From NCBI GenBank assembly GCA_964409235.1, contig CAYPCN010000001.1:157520-221519 (forward strand): 64,000 nucleotides of DNA. Direction: 5' to 3'. This DNA is from an uncultured bacterium (GTDB lineage Bacteria; Chlamydiota; Chlamydiia; Chlamydiales; FEN-1388). The notes under the pieces were generated by a model that saw nothing but the letters and a program-made list of their open reading frames with translations, did not search any database and was not told the DNA's origin. How positions within the stretch are numbered: the first letter of the stretch is position 1; each line of letters begins with the position of its first letter. A program made the position numbers and the translations under genes. Shown in pieces: positions 18,859 through 27,988 of the stretch.

Positions 18859-19569
18859 TTAGATCTGGATGTTCATGAGCGTCTTGGTCGATTCAAGCGC
18901 TTTATTCAGGGTAGCGGTGAAAAATTCGAGTTCTGTTTGGATGAATCCAAGTTTGACTTGAACAGCGAGAAGCGTTTCAGGACTCAGCCGTTGCTCACCC
19001 ATCTTCAGACCTTTGATCTCATCGACAAAGCTTCCTAACTTTTTGTCGCTCTCGGTCAAGAAACTCAAAAACCGAACAGCAGGGGATCGTTCCTGTGGAA
19101 TCAGCGACCCAATTTCAACACCTGTTGTGAGCGATGTGACGTCGCGAAGCCCACGGTCGATGTGTTCAAGATGACCGGAGATGGAGGTAACATCTGTTGG
19201 ATTGAGGTTTTCTACGACGGTCGGATGTCGTTCCATTTCGTCCAGCAGAACGGCTCGGGGGCGTTCCAGCTGCCGCCTGAGATCAGCGGCTTGGTCGGCG
19301 AGCTGTTTCGGCGTTGGCGTGACTTTAGGAGGTTCGGCTTTGACCTGAGTGGCAATCTCCATGAGAGATGGCTTTTTCGCCTCTGCACTCACAGGTTCTT
19401 GGGCTGCAGGGATATCTCTCCGCTCAATTTTTGACGGATCAGCACGAGCCACTGCCTCTTCGAATTTTACCTTCGAAGGGCCTTCACCACTTTCAGCGGG
19501 CAATGACGCACGGCTTCCTTCAGATCCTGAAATGGGCTCGATTCTTTTATACTCTTCGTGTGATGGCAT
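18859..19569 (-). CDS. T3SS-cluster protein at the CT668 position, with an SctI (inner rod)-like C-terminus
   Basis: The 236-aa product has a Pro/Glu-rich N-terminal half. The C-terminal helix TLLAVQVKLGFIQTELEFFTATLNKALESTKTLMNIQI resembles the LLxxQxxLxxxxxExELxxKxxxKxxxxxxTLxxxQ ending I recall for YscI/PrgJ-type proteins. Confidence 0.55.
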   Translation of the reverse strand: MPSHEEYKRIEPISGSEGSRASLPAESGEGPSKVKFEEAVARADPSKIERRDIPAAQEPVSAEAKKPSLMEIATQVKAEPPKVTPTPKQLADQAADLRRQLERPRAVLLDEMERHPTVVENLNPTDVTSISGHLEHIDRGLRDVTSLTTGVEIGSLIPQERSPAVRFLSFLTESDKKLGSFVDEIKGLKMGEQRLSPETLLAVQVKLGFIQTELEFFTATLNKALESTKTLMNIQI

Positions 19570-19614
19570 AAGTACTCACGCGATTATGGATTATACATTC
19601 TCCCTTCCTCCTCC

Positions 19615-20052
19615 CTATAGCGGGGCTTTCAACGGAGGAAGCGACTTTGTTCCCAAGTCTTTTTTCAGCCAATCAAGGCATACATCTGTAAGATTCTTGA
19701 TCGTTGGATCGTCGCACGCTGCTCTTGCCTCAAGAAGTAGCTGTTCGCCGCGTTTCTTCTTGTCTTGCGATAGCAAGTACGCCACGCCCAGCAATGCTTG
19801 AGCAAGATGGTGCTCTGGATCCTTCTTCAAGATCGTTTCAAAAATGGTTGCGGCCTCAGTTACATGAAGCTTGTTGAGCGCAATGTACCCGAGACCAAGC
19901 TGCGAGGCTGGGTTATCAGGGTTAAGGACTTCCGCGGCTTTGAAGAGCCGCCGCGCGGCTATCTCATCCAGCTGTTTGACCGCTACAAATCCTGCCTCTA
20001 TAAAGAGAGAGTAGTCCTCGTTAAAGAACTCAAGAAGGCTCTCCTCGTCCAT
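19615..20052 (-). CDS. TPR needle-subunit co-chaperone (CdsG/YscG-like)
   Basis: This 145-aa all-helical TPR protein (AARRLFKAAEVLNPDNPASQLGLGYIALNKLHVTEAATIFETILKKDPEH) lies immediately downstream of the needle gene. A GGGAGG SD sits upstream. Confidence 0.55.
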   Translation of the reverse strand: MDEESLLEFFNEDYSLFIEAGFVAVKQLDEIAARRLFKAAEVLNPDNPASQLGLGYIALNKLHVTEAATIFETILKKDPEHHLAQALLGVAYLLSQDKKKRGEQLLLEARAACDDPTIKNLTDVCLDWLKKDLGTKSLPPLKAPL

Positions 20053-20208
20053 TGAATCCTCCCACTGCTTCTTTTACCCCAATAACCTAGCCTTTTCGCA
20101 CAGTCGCTGGAATGGAAGAGAAAACATCTCTTCCCCAGCGTCGTATACTTCCCGGGTGATACACATCGTACCACACCACCAACTCGAATGGAACGACCAG
20201 GAGTGTCA

Positions 20209-20511
20209 TTACCCCTTGACGTTTCTTGCCATAGAGTTGATCGAAGTATTCATTGCCGAGATCACAGAAGTCGACATTTCGGAGAACTGCTGCAATTTGT
20301 TCATTGCCATTTGCAGGTCAAACATGTCGCCAATGCTCATGGCGCTACCTTTTGACCGTATACCGGCAATTTTCGACTTTGCTAATGCAGTCAAGCGTTC
20401 TATTTCGTCAACCAGAACTTTGTAATCTACGGCGGACTTTTGTGTGACCAGGGTTGATAAGGCGGCGCCTTTCAGCGTTGCCCAACTTCCTGGTTCGAAA
20501 GCGCTACTCAT
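20209..20511 (-). CDS. sctF: T3SS needle filament protein SctF (CdsF)
   Basis: The C-terminal half DMFDLQMAMNKLQQFSEMSTSVISAMNTSINSMARNVKG has the MxiH/YscF-type helix-turn-helix pattern. I prefer the ATG at 20511 because an AGGAGG lies 7 nt upstream. The longest ORF starts at 20553. Confidence 0.8.
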   Translation of the reverse strand: MSSAFEPGSWATLKGAALSTLVTQKSAVDYKVLVDEIERLTALAKSKIAGIRSKGSAMSIGDMFDLQMAMNKLQQFSEMSTSVISAMNTSINSMARNVKG

Positions 20512-20652
20512 TGATTTCCTCCTCCCTTTTTGCTCGTGTGTTTCGACGAGCAATACGGTAGGTCATATTGTACATAGGAACAATCTACGACGTCTGCGCC
20601 TTTTCTTAAAGAGCCGCAGCAGTACGTCAGGAGAGCCATTCTCCCTTCGTTA

Positions 20653-20907
20653 TTAACTTCGCTTCTTTTTCGGCTCCTGGGTAGCCCTGCCCAATACGAT
20701 GGCAAGAGCATGATACCCATTCAGCAAGATCCCAATTTGATCAAACTCTTCTTTCTTGCTCCCCTTATGGAGGATATCCTTGACCCGTTGAATGCGCGAT
20801 TCAATTCGTTTTGCCAACTCTCGTCGCGTCTCTTCACTACCAAGTTCTTTTTCCAGATCGAAAACGAAGGTCTTTTCTTCCTTCGGCTTTTTCTCCATAC
20901 CGAACAT
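20653..20907 (-). CDS. Small needle co-chaperone (CdsE/YscE-like)
   Basis: This 84-aa charged helical protein lies between sctD and sctF, as in the chlamydial cdsD-E-F-G order. Confidence 0.5.
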   Translation of the reverse strand: MFGMEKKPKEEKTFVFDLEKELGSEETRRELAKRIESRIQRVKDILHKGSKKEEFDQIGILLNGYHALAIVLGRATQEPKKKRS

Positions 20908-20987
20908 ACGACATCCCTCATTCGCGCTTTTTCTGGGCCAAACCCTGTCAGGAGCCTCTTCTCTCCCTAAGAGTATTGTAGCCTAGA

Positions 20988-22841
20988 TTACCGATTAAAA
21001 TCAATTTTGTACTTGCTCCCGTTCCTCTCCAAATAGACCGTCGTTGGAGTAATATCTGTGATGTACATTCCATCGAGCGTATCCCCCGGCCCTAAAATTC
21101 TCCCGCTAATGACGACCGAGACCTTGTCCCCTGCCTTAGAGTAGCCGGTCACTCGATATTTCGGAGATAGGTCAATCACGGCTTCTCGCTGTCCAGCTTC
21201 AGAAACTGGCGTTTGGACCGACCGAATGCCAGGTAATGAGCGAAAGAGAGCGACGAGTTTTTGAAATCTCTCTCTTGTTCCAGCCCCAATAGTCCCCGTT
21301 AGTGTCAAATCTCCCCCAGAAATGCTAGGGGTAACCCCTCGAAATCCTGCTTCATTGAGTTCTCTGGAGACCTGCAGTAACAGTTCTTCTTCGACCACGA
21401 CCCTTCGTTCCAAAAGATCAACATAGGCAAAATTTTGCGAAATATAGTCAAAGAGTTCTTCCGCCTGTGCCCGAGTTCGTAAAAATCCAGAAAGAACGTA
21501 GCGCCCTGCCGTTGGAGAGGTGATGGAAATCCCCCTCCAATTCGGATTTTTTGTGATGATCTGATTGATTTCTCTCCACACCAGCTCATCAATGACGACA
21601 TTGGTGTAGTCGATATGGCTGATGAACTGTATCCGCTGCAACATATCAAGCATTTTGCTTCTGTCGGCCATTGTGAGCACATGTCCGACGAGCAATAGCC
21701 GTTTATTAGTGGGATTGTAGCTGTAGCGAATAGCTGGAAATTCACTCAGCGCTTGTGAAATTTGTGCCTCAGGATCAACGATGGTAGGCGTGGCAACCTC
21801 TTCGGTGCGAAAGAGAAGCGCGCCCCCAATGCCAATCACCATGATCAGTCCAGTGACAATGGCAAGGATGACAAGCGAGCTGATCGCTCTTGAAAGCTTT
21901 GCCTGCAGGCGTTCTTCTTCTTTTACCCGATCGACTTCTGACTGCAGGGGAGCAAAGACCGCTTGCTGGATAGGTCCTAATCCCGCAGCGCCCCCTTTTT
22001 GCGGTTCTTCACCAAGTTTTACTGCCGCTCCCTCTTCTTTTTTCTCGAGCCCAGGGCCGGCAACAATCGTCGTTCGCTCGGCCTCTCGGTCGATGAGCAT
22101 AAAGGTTGTCGTCCCCATTGAGACGAGAACATTGCCCGCCAAGGCCTTTTTGTCGATTTTCTCTCCGTCAACAAAGGTCCCATTTCGGCTTTGGAGATCT
22201 TCCAGTATGGCGTTGTCTTTTGCGTCAATAGATAATTTTGCGTGTTTTCGGGAGACGCTGAGATCTTGAAAAACGATGTCGCAAGTCTGTGTGTCTGTGC
22301 CGATGATGTAACTCGACCCGCCATGCATGGCGAATTCAGCCCCTGTATTAGGGCCTGAAAGCACCTTTAATAACCATCGGCCTTCTGTGTCAAGGAGGTC
22401 AAAATCAATATAGGCCACTTCGGGCGTTGGCTCTTCAGGGGAGGGCTGTTCAGCAACCTCTTCACGAGGTGGCTCAGTAGGAACTTCCTCGGGCACGGGC
22501 TCTTCTTGGGGAGGAGGCGGTATGGCGCTCTCCTCTGAAGGAGGCTCTTCAGCACCCTCGGATGAAGCCTCTTCTTCGAGAGAGCGGGGCTGTTCGTGCG
22601 CAGGCTCTGCTTCTGGCTCTTCGGAGGAAGAAGATGCGTCGGCCGAACTCTCTTCTGAGGGAGGCTCTTCAGCAGCCTCGGATGGAGCTTCTTCTTCGAG
22701 AGAACGGGGCTGTTCGTGCGCAGGCTCTGCTTCTGGCTCTTCAGCGGAAGACAATACGTCGGCCGAGGGGGACTCAGAGTATGGAGTTTCCTCTTCTAAA
22801 GCGTCTTCTGGCATTTCTGTTTGTCGTTCTTCGTCAACCAT
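20988..22841 (-). CDS. sctD: T3SS inner-membrane ring protein SctD (CdsD) with a cytoplasmic FHA domain and an acidic repeat N-terminus
   Basis: It has an FHA-like segment (LSGPNTGAEFAMHGGSSYIIGTDTQTCDIVFQDLSVSRKHAKLSI...LEDLQSRNGTFVDGEKI), a single TM (AISSLVILAIVTGLIMVIGIGGALLF) and a periplasmic domain of about 270 aa. Confidence 0.85.
   Translation of the reverse strand: MVDEERQTEMPEDALEEETPYSESPSADVLSSAEEPEAEPAHEQPRSLEEEAPSEAAEEPPSEESSADASSSSEEPEAEPAHEQPRSLEEEASSEGAEEPPSEESAIPPPPQEEPVPEEVPTEPPREEVAEQPSPEEPTPEVAYIDFDLLDTEGRWLLKVLSGPNTGAEFAMHGGSSYIIGTDTQTCDIVFQDLSVSRKHAKLSIDAKDNAILEDLQSRNGTFVDGEKIDKKALAGNVLVSMGTTTFMLIDREAERTTIVAGPGLEKKEEGAAVKLGEEPQKGGAAGLGPIQQAVFAPLQSEVDRVKEEERLQAKLSRAISSLVILAIVTGLIMVIGIGGALLFRTEEVATPTIVDPEAQISQALSEFPAIRYSYNPTNKRLLLVGHVLTMADRSKMLDMLQRIQFISHIDYTNVVIDELVWREINQIITKNPNWRGISITSPTAGRYVLSGFLRTRAQAEELFDYISQNFAYVDLLERRVVVEEELLLQVSRELNEAGFRGVTPSISGGDLTLTGTIGAGTRERFQKLVALFRSLPGIRSVQTPVSEAGQREAVIDLSPKYRVTGYSKAGDKVSVVISGRILGPGDTLDGMYITDITPTTVYLERNGSKYKIDFNR
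22531..22757. repeat. Tandem direct duplication (period 120 bp, about 1.9 copies) inside the 5' part of sctD
   Basis: 22541-22646 and 22661-22766 differ at about 9 of 106 positions by manual comparison. The duplication encodes a duplicated 40-aa acidic unit (EEPEAEPAHEQPRSLEEEA.SE.AEEPPSEES). Confidence 0.9.
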
Positions 22842-23116
22842 TCGTCTGCCTTGTTTCCGTGCCTATTCACGACTTTATATGGTCGCGAGCATCCCCTTGC
22901 CCAATCTTCAAAGAGCCTCTCCTACAGGAGAAGGCATTTCAGATGGGCTTATCGTAACCATACAATTCGGGCCATTTTTGTACTAAAATTTTTAACATTT
23001 GCGGATCTTGTACGTGGTGAAGGATCTCGTCCGGCTCCTCCCACGCGCGGTTCTCAGTGCTGCTTTCACTACACTCTCAATGCAAAAGTATGCATTTTTT
23101 GAATAATCTCGCCAAG

Positions 23117-23210
23117 CAAAAGGCCGTATATCGAGCTATCCCAAAACCGATGAAGTCCATATGCACTGACATATGGGCGAGGAGGTTTTGGGAAAGGCAC
23201 ATCGCAGTTT
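23117..23210 (+). repeat. Degenerate copy (D) of the dispersed repeat family, in the chaperone-sctD spacer
   Basis: caaaaggccgtatatcgagctatcc and ggaggttttgggaaaggcacatcgca match the 3'-arm motif (AAAAGGCAyATCGCA) and the GGTTTTGGG core segment of copies A and B. Confidence 0.4.
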
Positions 23211-23237
23211 CCGGAAATTCAGCTGAGGATGGAGCGG

Positions 23238-23621
23238 TTAGACGGTCGTTGCTTCCACTTTCCAAAATGCGACGGTGTTGACGAAATCTTCGATAGCATC
23301 TCGAAATTCTCGGTACCCTCGGATAGTCGGGATTGCGGCAGTGAGGACAATGCGCTTCCCCTCTTGATCCAATCCAAGACAGGCTCGCTTTGTTGCCTGC
23401 CCTAAAAAATTTCCCCGCAAGAGTTTCTGAAAAACTGCTTCGCGATGCTCTTCGGGGACTTCTCCGAGGGTTGCTGACAATTCAAGGCCAGGAGGAGCGT
23501 CTGTCAGTGTGATCGCCGTTCCCTCGAAATCCAGAGAAATCGTCGTCAGCTCTCGCGGTATTGCTCCCGCGCCTTCGACATTGAGCTCCTTGAGCAGCTT
23601 CACGATATGATCATAGAACAC
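23238..23621 (-). CDS. Class I (CesT/SycE-fold) T3S chaperone, at the Scc4 (CT663) position upstream of cdsD
   Basis: The 127-aa acidic protein has the pattern ...ISLDFEGTAITLTD....LELSATLGEVPEEHREAVFQKLLRGNFLGQATKRACLGLDQEGKRIVL, typical of CesT-family chaperones. It uses a GTG start with a GGAGG 5 nt upstream. Confidence 0.6.
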   Translation of the reverse strand: MFYDHIVKLLKELNVEGAGAIPRELTTISLDFEGTAITLTDAPPGLELSATLGEVPEEHREAVFQKLLRGNFLGQATKRACLGLDQEGKRIVLTAAIPTIRGYREFRDAIEDFVNTVAFWKVEATTV

Positions 23622-23673
23622 AATGGCCTCCTCCTCGCGCTCTTTCTACCGTACCTCATGAAGAGATCTTTGT

Positions 23674-24654
23674 CTACCCACGTTGTTCCCACGCTTGACC
23701 GTAGGTGCGGATAGCGGTCGTCATCTGTTCGAGCAAGGCCTGAATCGTTTTTGGGATGTCCGTCTCCGCAGATTTTGCTAACATAGAGACGCTTTGAGAC
23801 ACGATGTCCATCAGCTTGTTCAAAAGCTCGCCAGTGGCCCGCTGTATGGCTGCTTCAACGTCGAGGTCCGCCAATTCTGTATGCATCTTGGCTTCATTGA
23901 GGCTTCTCATGGCTTGTACCATGCCATCAAGAGAGGACTGGAGAGGCCGCATCTTTGCGTCGACTTCCGTTGTAATCTGTTGCCGTATCATAGGAGGAAG
24001 CGGCTTGTCTTTCAGCTCGGGGTTGCTATCCACTAATCGCTGTTCAACTCTCTTCATCTCAATTTGGGTGGCGACCATCATCGTGATGGAAATAGCCATC
24101 TGTCCTATGGCAAGGCCGGCGTCAGCAGCTGCCTTCGCCGCTTGTGCCAGCTCTTTCTCTCTTTCGATTTTTCCGGCCTCTACTGTGGCTGAGAAGGCTG
24201 CGCTCGCCATATCTTTCATGACTAAGGCAAGCTTGGCTTTATACAGGTTTTCCGCAAGCTGTATTTTCGAAAGCAGTCCAATGACGTTGGACGTCATGAT
24301 GAAGAGGGCGAGGACGGCACTGCAGTTCAGCCACGCGTTTTTGGTCGCTCCAATAGGAAATCGATGGCTTCCGCCCGCATCTCCTACCATCTGCCCCAAC
24401 TTATCTAAGAAGTTCTGGACCAACTTCTGATCCGGTGGCGAGAGACTTGGGGCAATCATATCTGTCGCCGTTTGTTTAAGGAAGGCGATTTCCTCTGTGG
24501 TCAGGTAGCCCTTTTTCATCATTGTATCGGTCAATTGCTGGAGGTTGGCCAGTCCTAATTGACGTTCTGACGATACTTGGGCGAACTCCTGCAAGAACCC
24601 AGTAATATCGCCTCCTGGTGGGGGGGTATTTCCCCCTACATGTTCCATGCTCAT
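23674..24654 (-). CDS. copD: Minor hydrophobic T3SS translocator (SctB; CopD/YopD-like)
   Basis: The 326-aa product has one or two hydrophobic segments (NAWLNCSAVLALFIMTSNVIGLL; LAIGQMAISITMMVATQI) and a C-terminal amphipathic helix. A GAGGAGG SD is present. It lies directly after the major translocator gene. Confidence 0.6.
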   Translation of the reverse strand: MSMEHVGGNTPPPGGDITGFLQEFAQVSSERQLGLANLQQLTDTMMKKGYLTTEEIAFLKQTATDMIAPSLSPPDQKLVQNFLDKLGQMVGDAGGSHRFPIGATKNAWLNCSAVLALFIMTSNVIGLLSKIQLAENLYKAKLALVMKDMASAAFSATVEAGKIEREKELAQAAKAAADAGLAIGQMAISITMMVATQIEMKRVEQRLVDSNPELKDKPLPPMIRQQITTEVDAKMRPLQSSLDGMVQAMRSLNEAKMHTELADLDVEAAIQRATGELLNKLMDIVSQSVSMLAKSAETDIPKTIQALLEQMTTAIRTYGQAWEQRG

Positions 24655-24695
24655 GGCCTTTTTCCTCCTCTAAAAACCCGCGTCGTACGCGGCTC

Positions 24696-27600
24696 TTACA
24701 TGCCTGCTCTTGTTGACATTTCACTGACTCGCATTCCGGCATCTTTAATGAAGTCAGAAACCAGTTGGAGAAGCCGTGTCCAGTTCTCGAACGATTCTTG
24801 AGCGCTTTCCGTAATCTTGGTAATCGTTTCTGTTTGGTCGATCCCTCCAAGACGCATGAACATTTGCGACACAGCTTGCAGCATGGCCTGGTCTTCAGCG
24901 AGTACACTAAGAAGCCTATGGAAATATTCCTCTTTTTTCGCCGCCTCATACTGCATGGCTGCTGCGGTTATTTGAAGGGCAAATCGCGTCAGTCGTAATT
25001 GTTCAGTGACAAAGAGCAATCTGTTGATGAGTTTTTCCATTCCTGTGAGTCCCTTTCCAAACTTCCCGACTGCCAGCAGCTCTTCGTAATGGTCGAGGAT
25101 ATTTAGCACCAGGTTTTTAAATCCTTTCCCAATCGTGAGAAGAGTTGCTCTCAGCGATTGGAGGCCGCCGGCTAGCCCTGTAAGCATTCGTGCTTCGCCA
25201 ATGACAGTAGCGGTTGCTTGTGAGCGCGAGGTGTCTGCCACAGCCTTGACCCATTTGTTGGCTTCTCGCTGCGCAGTCTCCTGTGCGTTTTTCGCATTTT
25301 TTTGAATGATCGCGACTTTTGCTGGGTCTACCCGCTGAAAAAGGCTCTTGCCGACTTTTGCCAAAGAACTGGGGAATTTTTTCAAAGAGATGAGGTACTT
25401 CTGCGTTGCTTTGCCAATATCTTCCATCACCTCTTTCATATACTTGAGGAATTGCTTGATCGCCGTTGTGATTTTTGTAGGGATCTTTGACAATGCCGCG
25501 CCCGCCGTGCGAGCCGCCTGAGCAATCGCGGTTCCGAATGATTTTGTTGCTGCTGCCGGAGCTTTTGGTTTTGCTGCTGTCGCCGCCGCTGCTCCTCCTT
25601 TTGGTCCCACCTTACTTATAGCGAATGCCAACATGAACATACAGACGAGAGTCATCACCAACGCAAAGGTGTTGGCTTTACTGTCGTCTTTGTAGAGCAC
25701 TTTGCCCAGTGCCGTGAGAGCCTTGGTGAGCAACCCGCTTGACAAGAGGCAGTTCATCGCAATTGTCATACTCTGTTGAACGATCGCTCTGGCTCCCATT
25801 GTTGTAAATAGCTTGGCAAACGTTTTCGCCATGGTCGTCAGAATCTGACTGACAACTGCTTTGATGGTTAGTTGCACAGCGGTCTTGGCTACTGTCTTGA
25901 TGGCGATGACAGCAGCGTAGGTGCCTGCTGAGACGATGATGACGACGAGGTTCAAGAGAATTTCAAAGGCCATGGAAATAGCGGAGATGGCCATGTCGTT
26001 TGTGACGCCCATCGCTTCACACACCATCTTCCACATGCCCGTTCCCTTGGCCCACTGGCATGCAGCATCAGCGACAACAACGACGAGCACAACAGTCGAG
26101 GTGATGGTTGCAGCTACAAGAGCGACGAGCCCCTTTCCTGCTGCAATCACAGCGAGAAACCCTGGCGCAGCAGCGCCGCCCGATGCGACTGTCGCAACGA
26201 TAAGAGCGACGCAGACAGCGACCATAATCACCGCCAAGAGAATGCTTAGCAACGGCCCGAGCACTCTCCAGAGTTTTGCCTTTGCAATCGCATTAACGTT
26301 TTTCTCGTATGAGATCATCACCTTCTGGAGACTGGTGGTGTAGGTCTTTTGCGCGATTTGGAGCTCATTTTCGATGCCGGCAATCTTTGCTTCTGCTAAT
26401 TCTTGCGTGAATTCCGACTCCATTCTCACCATGAGACAACGAATATTAGCGAGATAGACCAAGGCACTAATGAGTGCTTGGATATACGTCATGGCGATCT
26501 GTCGCGTCGGAGTATTGAGGCTTTTGTCAGAGGAGACCTTCGTCAAAAAGGTGAGCGATTTTTCGATGGTAGCGGGATCTTTTGCACTCAAATCGCCGAT
26601 GAGCTTGACGTGGTTAATGGAGGCTGTTTGGTCGGCGAGGATGGGGACGAGCGTTGTCAGCAATTGGGCCTTGACCTCTGCCGAGATGATGCCTGCCGCT
26701 TGTGCGGCATCAAGGCCCTGAGAAAAGAGTTCGGTGAGCGCTTCTTGATCAACAGATTGGAGGGTTTCCATCTGTTCGGGATTCAATGCACACAAGAACG
26801 AGGTGAGAGCGTCGATCGTGCCGATGAGGTCTTTGTTCGTCACTCCTGACGGCAGCGTCATCGTGCTGGCAATCGTTGACAAGAGCATGCCGACTTGTTG
26901 CCGATCTCCGCTCACAAGGGCTAGGAACTCCGGACTTGGCGTTTGTAACGAGGTCGCTTTCTGGAAGTTAGCGCTTGCCAATGAGGTACAAATATTCAAA
27001 AGCGCTAGAGAGAGCTTACTCTTGTCATCCGCTGTCATCGAGGTGTCCGTGCTCATGTCCACGGTTTCCATAAAGACGGGGATCATCAGCCCTGGGACCG
27101 TGAGGTTGAGGACGAGAGCACCCCCTTCTTCATTGGCACCAGCGATCCCTGTGGCGATCACCTCTAACTTCGAAATAAACAGCGCTTCTTGGGTTGGAGA
27201 TAGGTCGAGAGAGGAAAGATTGGCCATGTCAATGAGCCGCTGTTTGATGGTCCCAATGTCGTCCGAGCGAATGTCGTTGAGCAGCGCCTGCGTTTCAAAA
27301 GAGAGGGAAGGGAGTCCTGCTGATACGGCCACAGCCATCGTTTCAAGCCAAGCGAAAAAGGCAGCGTTGGCGCTGGTCTCATAGATGTCGACCTGACGTT
27401 CTTCTACGCCCTCTCGTTCTCCGATAGCGGTGTTCTCTCCGAAGGTGTATTCTCCTAATATGGTCTCTGGGGAAATAAGTCCCTCTTCGATGAGGGCCTG
27501 GCGCAGTGCTTCCTCTCGGTAGGCGAGCGTCGTAAGAATCGACTCTCCAAGGGATGGACCAGAGAGCGTGTCCAAAGGTTGTTCTTTCATCGTGCCGATC

Positions 27601-27899
27601 AGAATGTTCACGATCGTCGTCGCAAACTGCATCGACCAGAGGCCGAGCCCTGCGAACGCGGGCTCATCGAGCTTTGGATCGCTCGTCTTCACGCTGACCT
27701 TGCTTTGAGCCCCGCCAATACCTTCTTGTGATGGAGGAGGGGCGAAGAGGGTGTCTTTGGGAACAACAACAGCTGTTCCCCCTGGCCCCAGCGTCACCTC
27801 TCTTTGGTCTGCTGTTTTTTGGAGAAAGGTCGAAAAATCCCACGGAGCACTTTCATGCGATCCTGGTTGCGGCTTTGGTGGCACTGAAAATCCACTCAT
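24696..27899 (-). CDS. copB: Major hydrophobic T3SS translocator (SctE; CopB/YopB-like) with a long N-terminal extension
   Basis: A long hydrophobic hairpin region (WRVLGPLLSILLAVIMVAVCVALIVATVASGG...VVLVVVVADAACQW...ILLNLVVIIVSAGTYAAVIAI) is flanked by coiled-coil-like segments. I prefer the ATG at 27899 (AAGGAG 6 nt upstream). The longest ORF starts at 27932. Confidence 0.7.
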   Translation of the reverse strand: MSGFSVPPKPQPGSHESAPWDFSTFLQKTADQREVTLGPGGTAVVVPKDTLFAPPPSQEGIGGAQSKVSVKTSDPKLDEPAFAGLGLWSMQFATTIVNILIGTMKEQPLDTLSGPSLGESILTTLAYREEALRQALIEEGLISPETILGEYTFGENTAIGEREGVEERQVDIYETSANAAFFAWLETMAVAVSAGLPSLSFETQALLNDIRSDDIGTIKQRLIDMANLSSLDLSPTQEALFISKLEVIATGIAGANEEGGALVLNLTVPGLMIPVFMETVDMSTDTSMTADDKSKLSLALLNICTSLASANFQKATSLQTPSPEFLALVSGDRQQVGMLLSTIASTMTLPSGVTNKDLIGTIDALTSFLCALNPEQMETLQSVDQEALTELFSQGLDAAQAAGIISAEVKAQLLTTLVPILADQTASINHVKLIGDLSAKDPATIEKSLTFLTKVSSDKSLNTPTRQIAMTYIQALISALVYLANIRCLMVRMESEFTQELAEAKIAGIENELQIAQKTYTTSLQKVMISYEKNVNAIAKAKLWRVLGPLLSILLAVIMVAVCVALIVATVASGGAAAPGFLAVIAAGKGLVALVAATITSTVVLVVVVADAACQWAKGTGMWKMVCEAMGVTNDMAISAISMAFEILLNLVVIIVSAGTYAAVIAIKTVAKTAVQLTIKAVVSQILTTMAKTFAKLFTTMGARAIVQQSMTIAMNCLLSSGLLTKALTALGKVLYKDDSKANTFALVMTLVCMFMLAFAISKVGPKGGAAAATAAKPKAPAAATKSFGTAIAQAARTAGAALSKIPTKITTAIKQFLKYMKEVMEDIGKATQKYLISLKKFPSSLAKVGKSLFQRVDPAKVAIIQKNAKNAQETAQREANKWVKAVADTSRSQATATVIGEARMLTGLAGGLQSLRATLLTIGKGFKNLVLNILDHYEELLAVGKFGKGLTGMEKLINRLLFVTEQLRLTRFALQITAAAMQYEAAKKEEYFHRLLSVLAEDQAMLQAVSQMFMRLGGIDQTETITKITESAQESFENWTRLLQLVSDFIKDAGMRVSEMSTRAGM

Positions 27900-27988
27900 A
27901 CCGTTCTCCTTCTCGCGCACATGCTTCTCCATCGGCCGACTTCGATGGTCGGCTTATTGCGAGGAACACGTGCCGTTGACACTTCAGG

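Noticed and set aside
17844-18878. A 344-aa plus-strand ORF
   Set aside because: It lies entirely antisense to the well-supported ATPase gene sctN. Its translation is Arg/Pro/Ser-rich and low-complexity, which is typical of shadow ORFs in GC-richer DNA, and it has no motif.
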